Shown: positions 56,755-64,000 of the stretch, in pieces
How the letters are laid out: every line of letters starts with the position of its first letter
Position numbering within the stretch: position 1 is the first letter of the stretch
Assembly (NCBI GenBank): GCA_965248835.1
Contig: CBDFLJ010000002.1
Location: 2,176,001-2,240,000, forward strand
Length of the DNA stretch: 64,000 nt
Reading direction: 5' to 3'
Origin: Alphaproteobacteria bacterium
Lineage (GTDB): Bacteria > Pseudomonadota > Alphaproteobacteria > MPNO01
Translations under genes and position numbers: made by a program
The notes under the pieces: generated by a model
The model's input: only the letters and a program-made list of their open reading frames with translations
Told to the model about the DNA's origin: nothing
Database searches by the model: none

Positions 56755-57522
56755 ATGTCGACCTCGACCTCGACCCGGCATCCGGCTCTCGCGGTTCGCG
56801 GACTGCGTAAGGAGTTTTCCCGCTTCGTCGCACTCGACGGTGTCGATCTAAGCGTTGCACAGGGCGAGATTCGCGCCGTCATCGGCCCCAACGGCGCCGG
56901 CAAGACGACCCTTATCAACGTGTTGAGCGGGCAGATCGTCGCGGACGGCGGAGAGATCGAGGTCAGCGGCCGGCGTCTGACCCGCCAGTACCCGCATCAG
57001 GTCGCCAAGCTGGGCGTCGGCCGTACGTTTCAGATTTCCAGCACTTTCCGCCGCATGACGGTGTTCGACAACATGCTCTGCGCTCACAACGCAGCCTCGC
57101 CCGAATGGTCCAGCCTGCGTGCGGGCCGTCTCAGAAATCTTCGCGATGCGGTGATGGCCGATCTGGAGGCTATCCAACTCGCCGCAATCGCCGAGCAGGT
57201 TGTCGACGACATCTCGCACGGCGACCGCAAACGCCTGGAATTCGGCATGGTGCTTGCGACGCGGCCAACCCTGTTGTTGCTGGACGAACCGACTGCCGGC
57301 ATGGGGTTGCAGGAACGCCACGAACTGATCGATCTCGTTCTGCACGAGACGCGCAGCCGCGGGATAACGCTGCTGTTCGTCGAGCACGATATCGACATCG
57401 TATTCAAAGCCGCCGAGTACATCACCGTCATGGCGCTCGGCAAAGTCTTCACCGAGGGCACACCCGACGAAATCGCCAACAACGAAGCCGTCCAGGAAAT
57501 CTATCTCGGCGGGCACGCCTGA
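56755..57522 (+). CDS. Liv-type ABC ATP-binding protein (LivG-like)
   Basis: GPNGAGKTT, RTFQ, SHGDRKRLE, LDEPTAG, IYLG. Confidence 0.92.
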   Translation: MSTSTSTRHPALAVRGLRKEFSRFVALDGVDLSVAQGEIRAVIGPNGAGKTTLINVLSGQIVADGGEIEVSGRRLTRQYPHQVAKLGVGRTFQISSTFRRMTVFDNMLCAHNAASPEWSSLRAGRLRNLRDAVMADLEAIQLAAIAEQVVDDISHGDRKRLEFGMVLATRPTLLLLDEPTAGMGLQERHELIDLVLHETRSRGITLLFVEHDIDIVFKAAEYITVMALGKVFTEGTPDEIANNEAVQEIYLGGHA

Positions 57523-58232
57523 TGTTGGTATTGGAGCAGGTGCGCGCCGCCTATGGTCACAGTCAGGCGCTGCACGGCATCGATCTCGAGGTGAACGAGG
57601 GCGAGGTCGTCTGTATCGTCGGGCGCAACGGGGCCGGCAAGACCAGCACCATGCGCTGCGTGGTGCAGGACATGATCCAGGTCACCGGAGGCTCCGTCCG
57701 CTTCAAAGGCGAAGAGATCGCCGGCCTGAATCCGCATCTCGTTGCCCGCAAGGGGATCGGCTATGTGCCGGAAGATCGTCGGGTGTTTCCGAGCCTGACG
57801 GTGCAGGAGAATCTCACCGTGCCCCGGTCTCTGGCCGCTGCCGGCGCCGGCTACTGGACCTTGGAGAAGGTGACGGAGCTGTTTCCGCAATTGCGGGAAT
57901 TCCGCTCGCGGCTTGCGGGGAACCTGAGCGGAGGGCAGCAACAAATGCTGTCGATCGCCCGGACGCTGCTTATCAACCCGCAACTTCTGCTGCTCGACGA
58001 ACCGCACGAGGGTCTGGCGCCGATCGTCGCCCGCGACGTCGTCAACGCCATCGGCGAACTGAAAGCCCTCGGCGTATCGATGCTCATCTCGGAGCAACAG
58101 CTTCTGCTGGTGCACGATACTGCCGACAAGATCTACATTGTCGATCGCGGTCAAATCGTATTTTCAGGAACGATGGACCAGTTCGAGAGCGATCCCGAAA
58201 TTGCCCGGCGTTATCTGATGGTGGTGCAATAG
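57522..58232 (+). CDS. Liv-type ABC ATP-binding protein (LivF-like)
   Basis: GRNGAGKTS, YVPEDRRVF, LSGGQQQML, LDEP. Confidence 0.92.
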   Translation: MLVLEQVRAAYGHSQALHGIDLEVNEGEVVCIVGRNGAGKTSTMRCVVQDMIQVTGGSVRFKGEEIAGLNPHLVARKGIGYVPEDRRVFPSLTVQENLTVPRSLAAAGAGYWTLEKVTELFPQLREFRSRLAGNLSGGQQQMLSIARTLLINPQLLLLDEPHEGLAPIVARDVVNAIGELKALGVSMLISEQQLLLVHDTADKIYIVDRGQIVFSGTMDQFESDPEIARRYLMVVQ

Positions 58233-58268
58233 CTTGGGGGTCGGCGTTGGATTTCGGTCCCCTGGAAC

Positions 58269-58735
58269 GGCATTGTCAGACTAACAGGACAGGACTTGTA
58301 GAACCTGCAATCGAGCGCCTTCAGGCTGCTCGTTGACGCCACTCGGCGAGGGCGGCGGCTCGGTCTTGCTTGAAAATGTCGCGGCGGTCGAGATGGCGCT
58401 GGTGGTTGAAGTGGTTGTGGATCGAGGCGCGGACGGCGGCGGATTTTTGCACGGTCTCTACGTCCCTGAATCTGACCATCGTCCGTTCCCGATCTCCGCG
58501 GCAAACAGCGGACCGAAGCGGTGCCACCGGAACCGCACCGTCTCGTGACAGACGTCGATGCCGTGCTCGAACAGCAGATCTTCGACCTGTCTCAGCGACA
58601 ACGGGCAGCGGACATACATCATCACCGCGAGGCGGATGACCTCGGACGAACTGTTGAAATAACGGAAGGGATTTCGCATCCGGCAAACGATGGATGCCCC
58701 ATCTGCCCATCAATCCATTTTTGTCTGACAACGCC
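58269..58735 (-). mobile_element. IS6-derived non-autonomous element, copy 3 (467 bp, both IRs)
   Basis: Same IRs as copy 2; N-terminus MRNPFRYFNSSSEVIRLAVMMYVR and C-terminus HNHFNHQRHL..AEW; central DDE region deleted. Confidence 0.88.
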
Positions 58736-58760
58736 GGCGTCCGTGTTCGGCCGCGACGCG

Positions 58761-58836
58761 AGCCAGATCCGCGGCCTCCTGCTCGATCGCGGCATCGCCT
58801 TCTTCAAGAGCGTTACCAGAGCGCGGAGGACGATCA
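58761..58836 (+). mobile_element. Possible IS110 transposase fragment
   Basis: SQIRGLLLDRGIAF resembles the NQIRGLLxExGI segment; very short. Confidence 0.35.
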
Positions 58837-59778
58837 CCCCGTGACCAGGTCCTGCTGGTCAGCGGCATTGTAGTTGGCGTCGTACCACCAGGCGAGGTGG
58901 TCTTCATAGACGACGGGCGGCCAGCGCGGCGGATTGTCGGGGCCCGTGCAGGTCGGTGCGCAGTGGATTTCAGCGTCGAGATTGGGGCCGAAGAAATAGG
59001 GAATCGCGTAGCGGTGGCGCCCCACCGGCGGCAACGCGCGGTGCGGGGTCGATTTGTAGCGCCCGTTGGTCCAGCGGTGCAGCATGTCGCCGGTGTTGAC
59101 GACATAGGAGTCCTCGACGAAGGGAACATCCTCCCAGCCATCCCCTTCGCGCCGGATCTGCAGCCCCGGCACGCCCGGCTGCGCGAGGAAGGTCAGGAAA
59201 TTGACGTCCGTATGCGGCGCGATGCCGTAGCGCCCCGGCTCGCGTGCCGCGGGCGGGTAATGCGAGAGCCGGAAGGAGAACTGGCTGCGTGTGAAATAGG
59301 GAGCGAACCAGTCCTCCGGCAGGCCGAGAGACAGGGAAAGCGCCGGCAGGACGCTCACCGCCAGCCGGTCCACGGTCTCGCAATATTCCAGCAGCGTTTG
59401 CCGAAAGCCGGGCAGGTCCGCCGGCCAGCGGTTGGGTCCGGCGAAGCGCCGCCCGGCCAGCGGGTCGTCCGGGCCGCGCTCGCGCTTTAGGAAGAAGGCC
59501 TCGTTCATGTCCGGCAGCGCGGCTTCGCTGACCCGCGAGGTCCGCACATTGTAGCGCGCCATCGCCATGTAGCCGTTGTTGTGCTCGTTCATCAGCACGG
59601 CGTGCTTGGCCGCTTCCGGCTGGGCGTGGAATCTTTCCGCCTCCGCGAACACCCGCCGCGTGAGCTCCCGCGGCACGCCGTGGTTCACGACGATGAAGAA
59701 GCCGACATGCTCCAGCGTGCCCGCGAGCGCGTCCGCCACTTCGTCCCGGCTCCGGGAAAGATCGATCAACGGAATCAT
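58834..59778 (-). CDS. Isopenicillin N synthase-family Fe(II)/2OG oxygenase
   Basis: IPLIDL, GFFIVVNHGV, RLSHYP, PHTD (HxD), NTGDML.RWTNG..KSTPHR, RYAIPYF. Confidence 0.9.
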   Translation of the reverse strand: MIPLIDLSRSRDEVADALAGTLEHVGFFIVVNHGVPRELTRRVFAEAERFHAQPEAAKHAVLMNEHNNGYMAMARYNVRTSRVSEAALPDMNEAFFLKRERGPDDPLAGRRFAGPNRWPADLPGFRQTLLEYCETVDRLAVSVLPALSLSLGLPEDWFAPYFTRSQFSFRLSHYPPAAREPGRYGIAPHTDVNFLTFLAQPGVPGLQIRREGDGWEDVPFVEDSYVVNTGDMLHRWTNGRYKSTPHRALPPVGRHRYAIPYFFGPNLDAEIHCAPTCTGPDNPPRWPPVVYEDHLAWWYDANYNAADQQDLVTG

Positions 59779-59912
59779 GGCTTTGTCTCCTTCTTCCGCT
59801 GTCCCGTCCGACCGCGATCGGCTCAACCGCCTCCGGCATCCAGCGGCCAAAGCCAGCCATGCGCGCCGACCTTGAGGCCGAAGACCTTCAATATGCCGCG
59901 CAACTCGTTCCC

Positions 59913-60190
59913 TGTCCCGCCCCACTGGCCGGTCCGGTTTGAATGTTAGTGCATTGACGGTTTCTCGGCCAAGCCGGGTGACCTGCGGAACGCAGCGGAG
60001 CCGGGCGGCCAGCTTGGCGGAACGATCGTCTCCGGAGCCGGCGGCCGGTATCCCAGGCTGCCATGTGGACGAACGATATTGTAGTGGCGCCGCCAGGCTT
60101 CGATGAGGATTTGGGCTTCCTTGTCGTCGACCTGCCACCGGCGTCGCACAGCAAGGCTGCGATCCGTCGGTAGCCGTAACGGCCAACCAA
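59913..60190 (-). mobile_element. IS3-family remnant with right IR
   Basis: Terminal TGTCCCGCCCC; RYGYRRIAALL and KEAQILIEAWRRHYN..RPHGSLGYRPP; related to the 49-kb remnant. Confidence 0.8.
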
Positions 60191-60199
60191 TCGCATCCC

Positions 60200-60435
60200 A
60201 CCGGCAGGCACTCGCGCGATGCGTCGGCACTGTCCATCAGGCGCGCCAGCGGCGTTGCGCCGAGTTCGCGGTGACCGCGGCGATGGTAATCGCGTTCCAA
60301 CCAGGCAACGGTGATGTCGTTCAGCCGGACCAGGGTGAGCGCCTCGACGCCCTCGAGCATGGCCATCAGCCGGCCCTCGACCAAGGCCCAGAAGACTTCC
60401 TGTTTACCGTTCTGGTGAGGACTGTAGGCGAGCTT
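60200..60435 (-). mobile_element. DDE (rve/Mu-like) transposase fragment
   Basis: YSPHQNGKQEVFWALVEGRL..LN...WLERDYHRR.HRELGATPL. Confidence 0.6.
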
Positions 60436-60582
60436 CGGCGTGTGCGGAATGCCGAGCCGGTGCAGCCCCTCCCCGAGATAGCGGCGGAGATAGCGGTAGA
60501 ACGCATCGGTCCTTGACGGTTAGCGAGATCCAAGATCAAGCTCCAGGCTCACAAGACCGGAATGGACGCGGGAGGCCGAGCG

Positions 60583-61428
60583 GTGGCGACAGGGAAATTG
60601 GACGGCAAGGCCGTCATCATGACCGGTGGGGCGCAGGGGCTCGGGCTCGCGATGGCGCTTGGTCTCGCGCGCGAAGGCGCGAATGTCAGCCTGGTCGACA
60701 TCGACGGCGACATGCTCGCCCGGGCGGTCGCCCAGGCTGGCGATGAGGTCGGCGGCGAGCGCGTGATCTCCGTCGTCACCGACGTCAGCGACGAGGCCCA
60801 GGTCCGCAAGGCGATCGCCGCCACGGTCGAGGCGTTCGGCGGCCTCGACATCCTGGTCAACGATGCCGGCATCGGTCCGCCGGCAAATGGAAGGAGCCTG
60901 TTCAACGATCCCGAGAAGTTCTGGGAGAACGACCTCGGCCGCTGGCGCCGCACCGTCGAGGTCAACACGATGGGCAGCCACATGATGGCCGCACTTGCCG
61001 CGCCGCACATGATCGAGCGTGGCTGGGGCCGGATCATCAACGTGACCACGTCGATGAACGCCATGTACATGGCCGGCTGCGGCGCCTACGGCCCGTCCAA
61101 GGCGGCCCTGGAAGCCGATACCGCGATCATGGCGAAGGATCTCGCAGGGACCGGGGTGAGCGCCAACGTGCTAGTGCCCGGCGGTCCGGCGGACACGAGG
61201 ATGATCCCGGCCGACGCCGACATCGACCGTGGTCACCTGATCGCGCCGGACAGGATGGTCCCACCGGTCGTCTGGCTCGCCTCACCGGCGTCGGACGGCG
61301 TCACCAGCATGCGGTTCCAGGCCGCCTTGTGGGACGCGGCGCTCGCGCCCGCCACAGCGGCGGAGCGCGCCGGAGCGCCGGCCGCGTGGCCCCAGCTCGG
61401 CGCGCAGGCGATAATGCCGGATGACTAG
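60583..61428 (+). CDS. SDR-family oxidoreductase
   Basis: TGGAQGLG, LVNDAG, YGPSK (YxxxK); GGAGG RBS. Confidence 0.9.
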   Translation: MATGKLDGKAVIMTGGAQGLGLAMALGLAREGANVSLVDIDGDMLARAVAQAGDEVGGERVISVVTDVSDEAQVRKAIAATVEAFGGLDILVNDAGIGPPANGRSLFNDPEKFWENDLGRWRRTVEVNTMGSHMMAALAAPHMIERGWGRIINVTTSMNAMYMAGCGAYGPSKAALEADTAIMAKDLAGTGVSANVLVPGGPADTRMIPADADIDRGHLIAPDRMVPPVVWLASPASDGVTSMRFQAALWDAALAPATAAERAGAPAAWPQLGAQAIMPDD

Positions 61429-61495
61429 CCACGTTCCCGCACCGGCAGATTACGTTCGAAAACGACATCGTAAAGGCGAGGAGGAGACGACCGTT

Positions 61496-62470
61496 GTGAG
61501 GATACTCACCAAATCGGCCCTACCGCTTGTCGCATCGATGCTCATCGCGGCGCCCGCGGCGTCCCAGACCTACGGGCTCGGCTCGACGCCGCCCGGCAGC
61601 ATCGCCTATGCCTCGGCGGCGGCGATCTCCAAGGTGGCGAAGGAAAAGGCGGGGCTCAGGCTGCTGTTGCAACCCAATGCCGGCACGTCGGCGGTGTTCG
61701 CGCTGGTCAATGCCGGCGAGATGGAGTTCGGCATCCATGACGTAACCGAGATGGGCGAGGCTGTCGCCGGCACCGGCAAGTACGTCGGCCGGGCCCGAAC
61801 CAACCTGCGTGTCCTCGCCATCATGTACCCGATCAATGTCGGATACTTCGTCCGCGCGGACTCCGCCATCAAGACGATCGCCGACCTCAAGGGTAAGCGT
61901 TTCCCGACCGGCTGGGGCACGTTCTCCAACGGACCGCCGATTTCCAAGGCGATCCTCGCCACCGCCGGGCTGAGCGAAGCCGATACGGTCTCGGTGCCGG
62001 TCTCCGGGCTGATCAAGGCGGTCGATGACTTCATCGCCGGCAAGGTGGCCGCGGCGATGTTCGGCATCGGCGGCCCAAAGGTCGCCCAGGCCAACGCGGC
62101 GGTGGGCGGCGTCCGGTTCCTGTCGATCGACGACTCGCCGGCGGCGGTCGCGGCGATCCACAGCGTCCGGCCGGGCTTCTATTTCCGGAAGTTCGACCCG
62201 GCACCGCATTTCGCCGGCATCGTCGGTCCAACCAACCTGATGGCCTTCGACCAGGCGCTCTACGCCAACACGAGCGTGGCTGACGAGGTGATCTACAAGC
62301 TGGCCAAGGCGCTCCACGCCAACAAGCCGGCGCTGGCGAAGATGTTCCCGTTCCTCAACCAGTTCCGGCCCGACGAGATGGCCAAGGACATCCCGCTGGT
62401 CGAGTACCACCCCGGCGCGATCAAGTTCTATCGCGAAATCGGCCAATGGCCGCCTCCTAAGCGCAGCTGA
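61496..62470 (+). CDS. TAXI-family TRAP solute-binding protein
   Basis: Signal peptide, GSTPPGS, IKTIADLKGKR, YHPGAIKFYRE. Confidence 0.88.
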   Translation: MRILTKSALPLVASMLIAAPAASQTYGLGSTPPGSIAYASAAAISKVAKEKAGLRLLLQPNAGTSAVFALVNAGEMEFGIHDVTEMGEAVAGTGKYVGRARTNLRVLAIMYPINVGYFVRADSAIKTIADLKGKRFPTGWGTFSNGPPISKAILATAGLSEADTVSVPVSGLIKAVDDFIAGKVAAAMFGIGGPKVAQANAAVGGVRFLSIDDSPAAVAAIHSVRPGFYFRKFDPAPHFAGIVGPTNLMAFDQALYANTSVADEVIYKLAKALHANKPALAKMFPFLNQFRPDEMAKDIPLVEYHPGAIKFYREIGQWPPPKRS

Positions 62471-64000
62471 CAACGGTCGCGCGGGAGGCCACGGCCACGG
62501 CGGCACCGCCGCTCTCGCCGGTCGTGCGCGGGCTGCGGCCGGTGCTGGCGGCCACGCTCACCCTCGCGGCGACGGCGTGGGCGGCCGACCTCTTCCGCGC
62601 CGCCGGCATCGCGCTGTTCACCGAGCAGTATCTCGCGGCCATGCTCGGCATCGGGCTGGCGCTGGTCTACCTGCACGTCCCGGCCCGCAAGGGCGAACGG
62701 ACACGGCTGCCGTGGTACGACGCGCTCGCGGCTGTGACCGGGTTCTCCGCCGGGGCCTATATCGCGGTGCGTTTTCCCGGCCTCGCCGACCGCGTGGTGG
62801 ACGTGCCGAGCGATGCGCTTATCGCCGGGACGGTGCTCATTGTCCTGTCGATCGAAGGGCTTCGCCGGACGGCCGGGCTCACGCTGGTGATCGTCGTGGC
62901 CGCGTTTTTCCTCTACGCGCTAATCGGCCATCTGATGCCGGGTGCGTTCCAGACCCGGCCGGTCAGCGTCGACCGCTGGATATTGTATCTCACCATAGAC
63001 AACAGCGGCATCTTCGGCTTCCCGATGCAGATCGGCACGACCATCGTGGTCTCGTTCGTGCTGTTCGGCCAGCTCCTCAACAAGTCCCGCGGCGCCGAGT
63101 TCTTCAACGATCTATCGGTCGTGGTCATGGGCCGCTACCGCGGCGGCTCGGCCAAGATCTCGGTCACCGCGTCCAGCCTGTTCGGCTCGATCTCGGGCAT
63201 CGTGGTCTCCAACATCGTCTCGACCGGGGTGATCACCATCCCGATGATGCGCCGGGCCGGTTACAGCGCCCATGCCGCCGGCGCGATCGAGGCGGTGGCC
63301 TCGACCGGCGGCCAGCTCATGCCGCCGGTGATGGGCGCCGTCGCCTTCCTGATGTCGGAGCTCCTCCAGATCCCCTATGGCGAGATCGTCGTCGCCGCGC
63401 TAATCCCGGCGATCCTCTACTACGCAGCCCTGTTCATCCAAGTCGACCTCGAGGCCGTGCGCTATGGCATCAGCCGCGTGCCGGAGGAGCGGATTCCGCG
63501 GCTCAAGGCCGTGCTCGGCGCGGGCTGGTTCTTCATCCTGCCGTTCGTGGTGCTGATCTACTGCCTGTTCGGGCTCAACTTCCTGCCCGAGGCCGCGGCG
63601 CTCTATGCCTCGATCGCGCTGATCGCGGGCGCGATCGTGCTGCCCTACAAGGGGATGAGGCTCAGGCTCCGCGACATCGTCGAGGCGGTCTCCGACACCG
63701 GCTATGCCGTGCTCGACATCATCGTGATCGTGTCGGCCGCCGGTATGCTGATCGGCACCTTGAACCTTTCCGGGCTTGGCTTTGGGCTCACCTTGGCGCT
63801 GGTTGAGCTCGGCACCGGCAACCTGTTCGTGATGCTGCTGATCGCCGCGGCCTTCTGCATCATCCTTGGGCTCGGCCTGCCGACGGTCGGCGTCTACATC
63901 CTGCTCGCCGTCCTCATCGCGCCCTCGCTGGTCGAGGTCGGCGTCACCCCGCTCGCCGCCCACATGTTCATCTTCTATTTCGGCATGATGTCGATGATCA
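62467..64000 (+). CDS. TRAP fused 4TM/12TM permease; 3' end outside window, start uncertain (CTG 62467 or GTG 62524)
   Basis: GRYRGGSAK, SSLFGSISG, TIPMM, IEAVASTGGQLMPPVMGA, GLGLPT. Confidence 0.9.
   Translation, partial: MTTVAREATATAAPPLSPVVRGLRPVLAATLTLAATAWAADLFRAAGIALFTEQYLAAMLGIGLALVYLHVPARKGERTRLPWYDALAAVTGFSAGAYIAVRFPGLADRVVDVPSDALIAGTVLIVLSIEGLRRTAGLTLVIVVAAFFLYALIGHLMPGAFQTRPVSVDRWILYLTIDNSGIFGFPMQIGTTIVVSFVLFGQLLNKSRGAEFFNDLSVVVMGRYRGGSAKISVTASSLFGSISGIVVSNIVSTGVITIPMMRRAGYSAHAAGAIEAVASTGGQLMPPVMGAVAFLMSELLQIPYGEIVVAALIPAILYYAALFIQVDLEAVRYGISRVPEERIPRLKAVLGAGWFFILPFVVLIYCLFGLNFLPEAAALYASIALIAGAIVLPYKGMRLRLRDIVEAVSDTGYAVLDIIVIVSAAGMLIGTLNLSGLGFGLTLALVELGTGNLFVMLLIAAAFCIILGLGLPTVGVYILLAVLIAPSLVEVGVTPLAAHMFIFYFGMMSMI

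Noticed and set aside
53030-58743. Target-site duplication around the IS6 copies
   Set aside because: Flanks CGAGCGGG, GCTGCGTG, CCTGGAAC, GGCGTCCG and CGCCCATA do not match one another
58834-60384. 516-aa transposase-oxygenase fusion ORF
   Set aside because: Chance read-through of IS debris; the oxygenase has its own start at 59778 with a GGAG RBS

Overview
High-GC, alphaproteobacterial-looking region made up almost entirely of catabolic enzymes and solute transporters. Taxonomy and all family calls come from motif recognition, not database searches. From 0 to 7.4 kb is a purine/ureide-type module (YlbE, FdrA, YlbF, carbamate kinase, PucG-like transaminase) followed by a bicupin dioxygenase and a DapA-fold aldolase. 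From 7.4 to 26.5 kb are an EmrA/truncated EmrB/orphan operon, two TauD, PhyH, a hydrolase, pntAA-AB-B, a Rieske oxygenase, an orphan Mo-hydroxylase large subunit, an SDR and an Opp/Dpp ABC system. From 26.8 to 33.3 kb are a DUF3237::Mo-hydroxylase chimeric pseudogene, IS21/integrase/cyclase debris and a fused four-domain ABC transporter. From 33.3 to 41.5 kb is a Liv-type ABC operon with two CoA ligases. From 41.9 to 60.5 kb is an island that looks less GC-rich: a group II intron with a broken RT, a TTT transporter, three co-oriented IS6 relics, MOBF relaxase/NYN/IS3 debris, an amidase, a GST, DUF1194, a second Liv ABC and an IPNS-like oxygenase. From 60.5 to 64 kb are an SDR and a TAXI-TRAP transporter. 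I found no rRNA, tRNA, CRISPR array or transcription-factor gene. The best leads are a hybrid oxalurate pathway (PucG plus AllFGH/AllK), transporter cargo bracketed by IS6 MITEs, a group II intron with a GUACG 5' end and visible EBS1/IBS1 pairing, and a Cys-motif orphan coupled to an in-frame mini-MFS.
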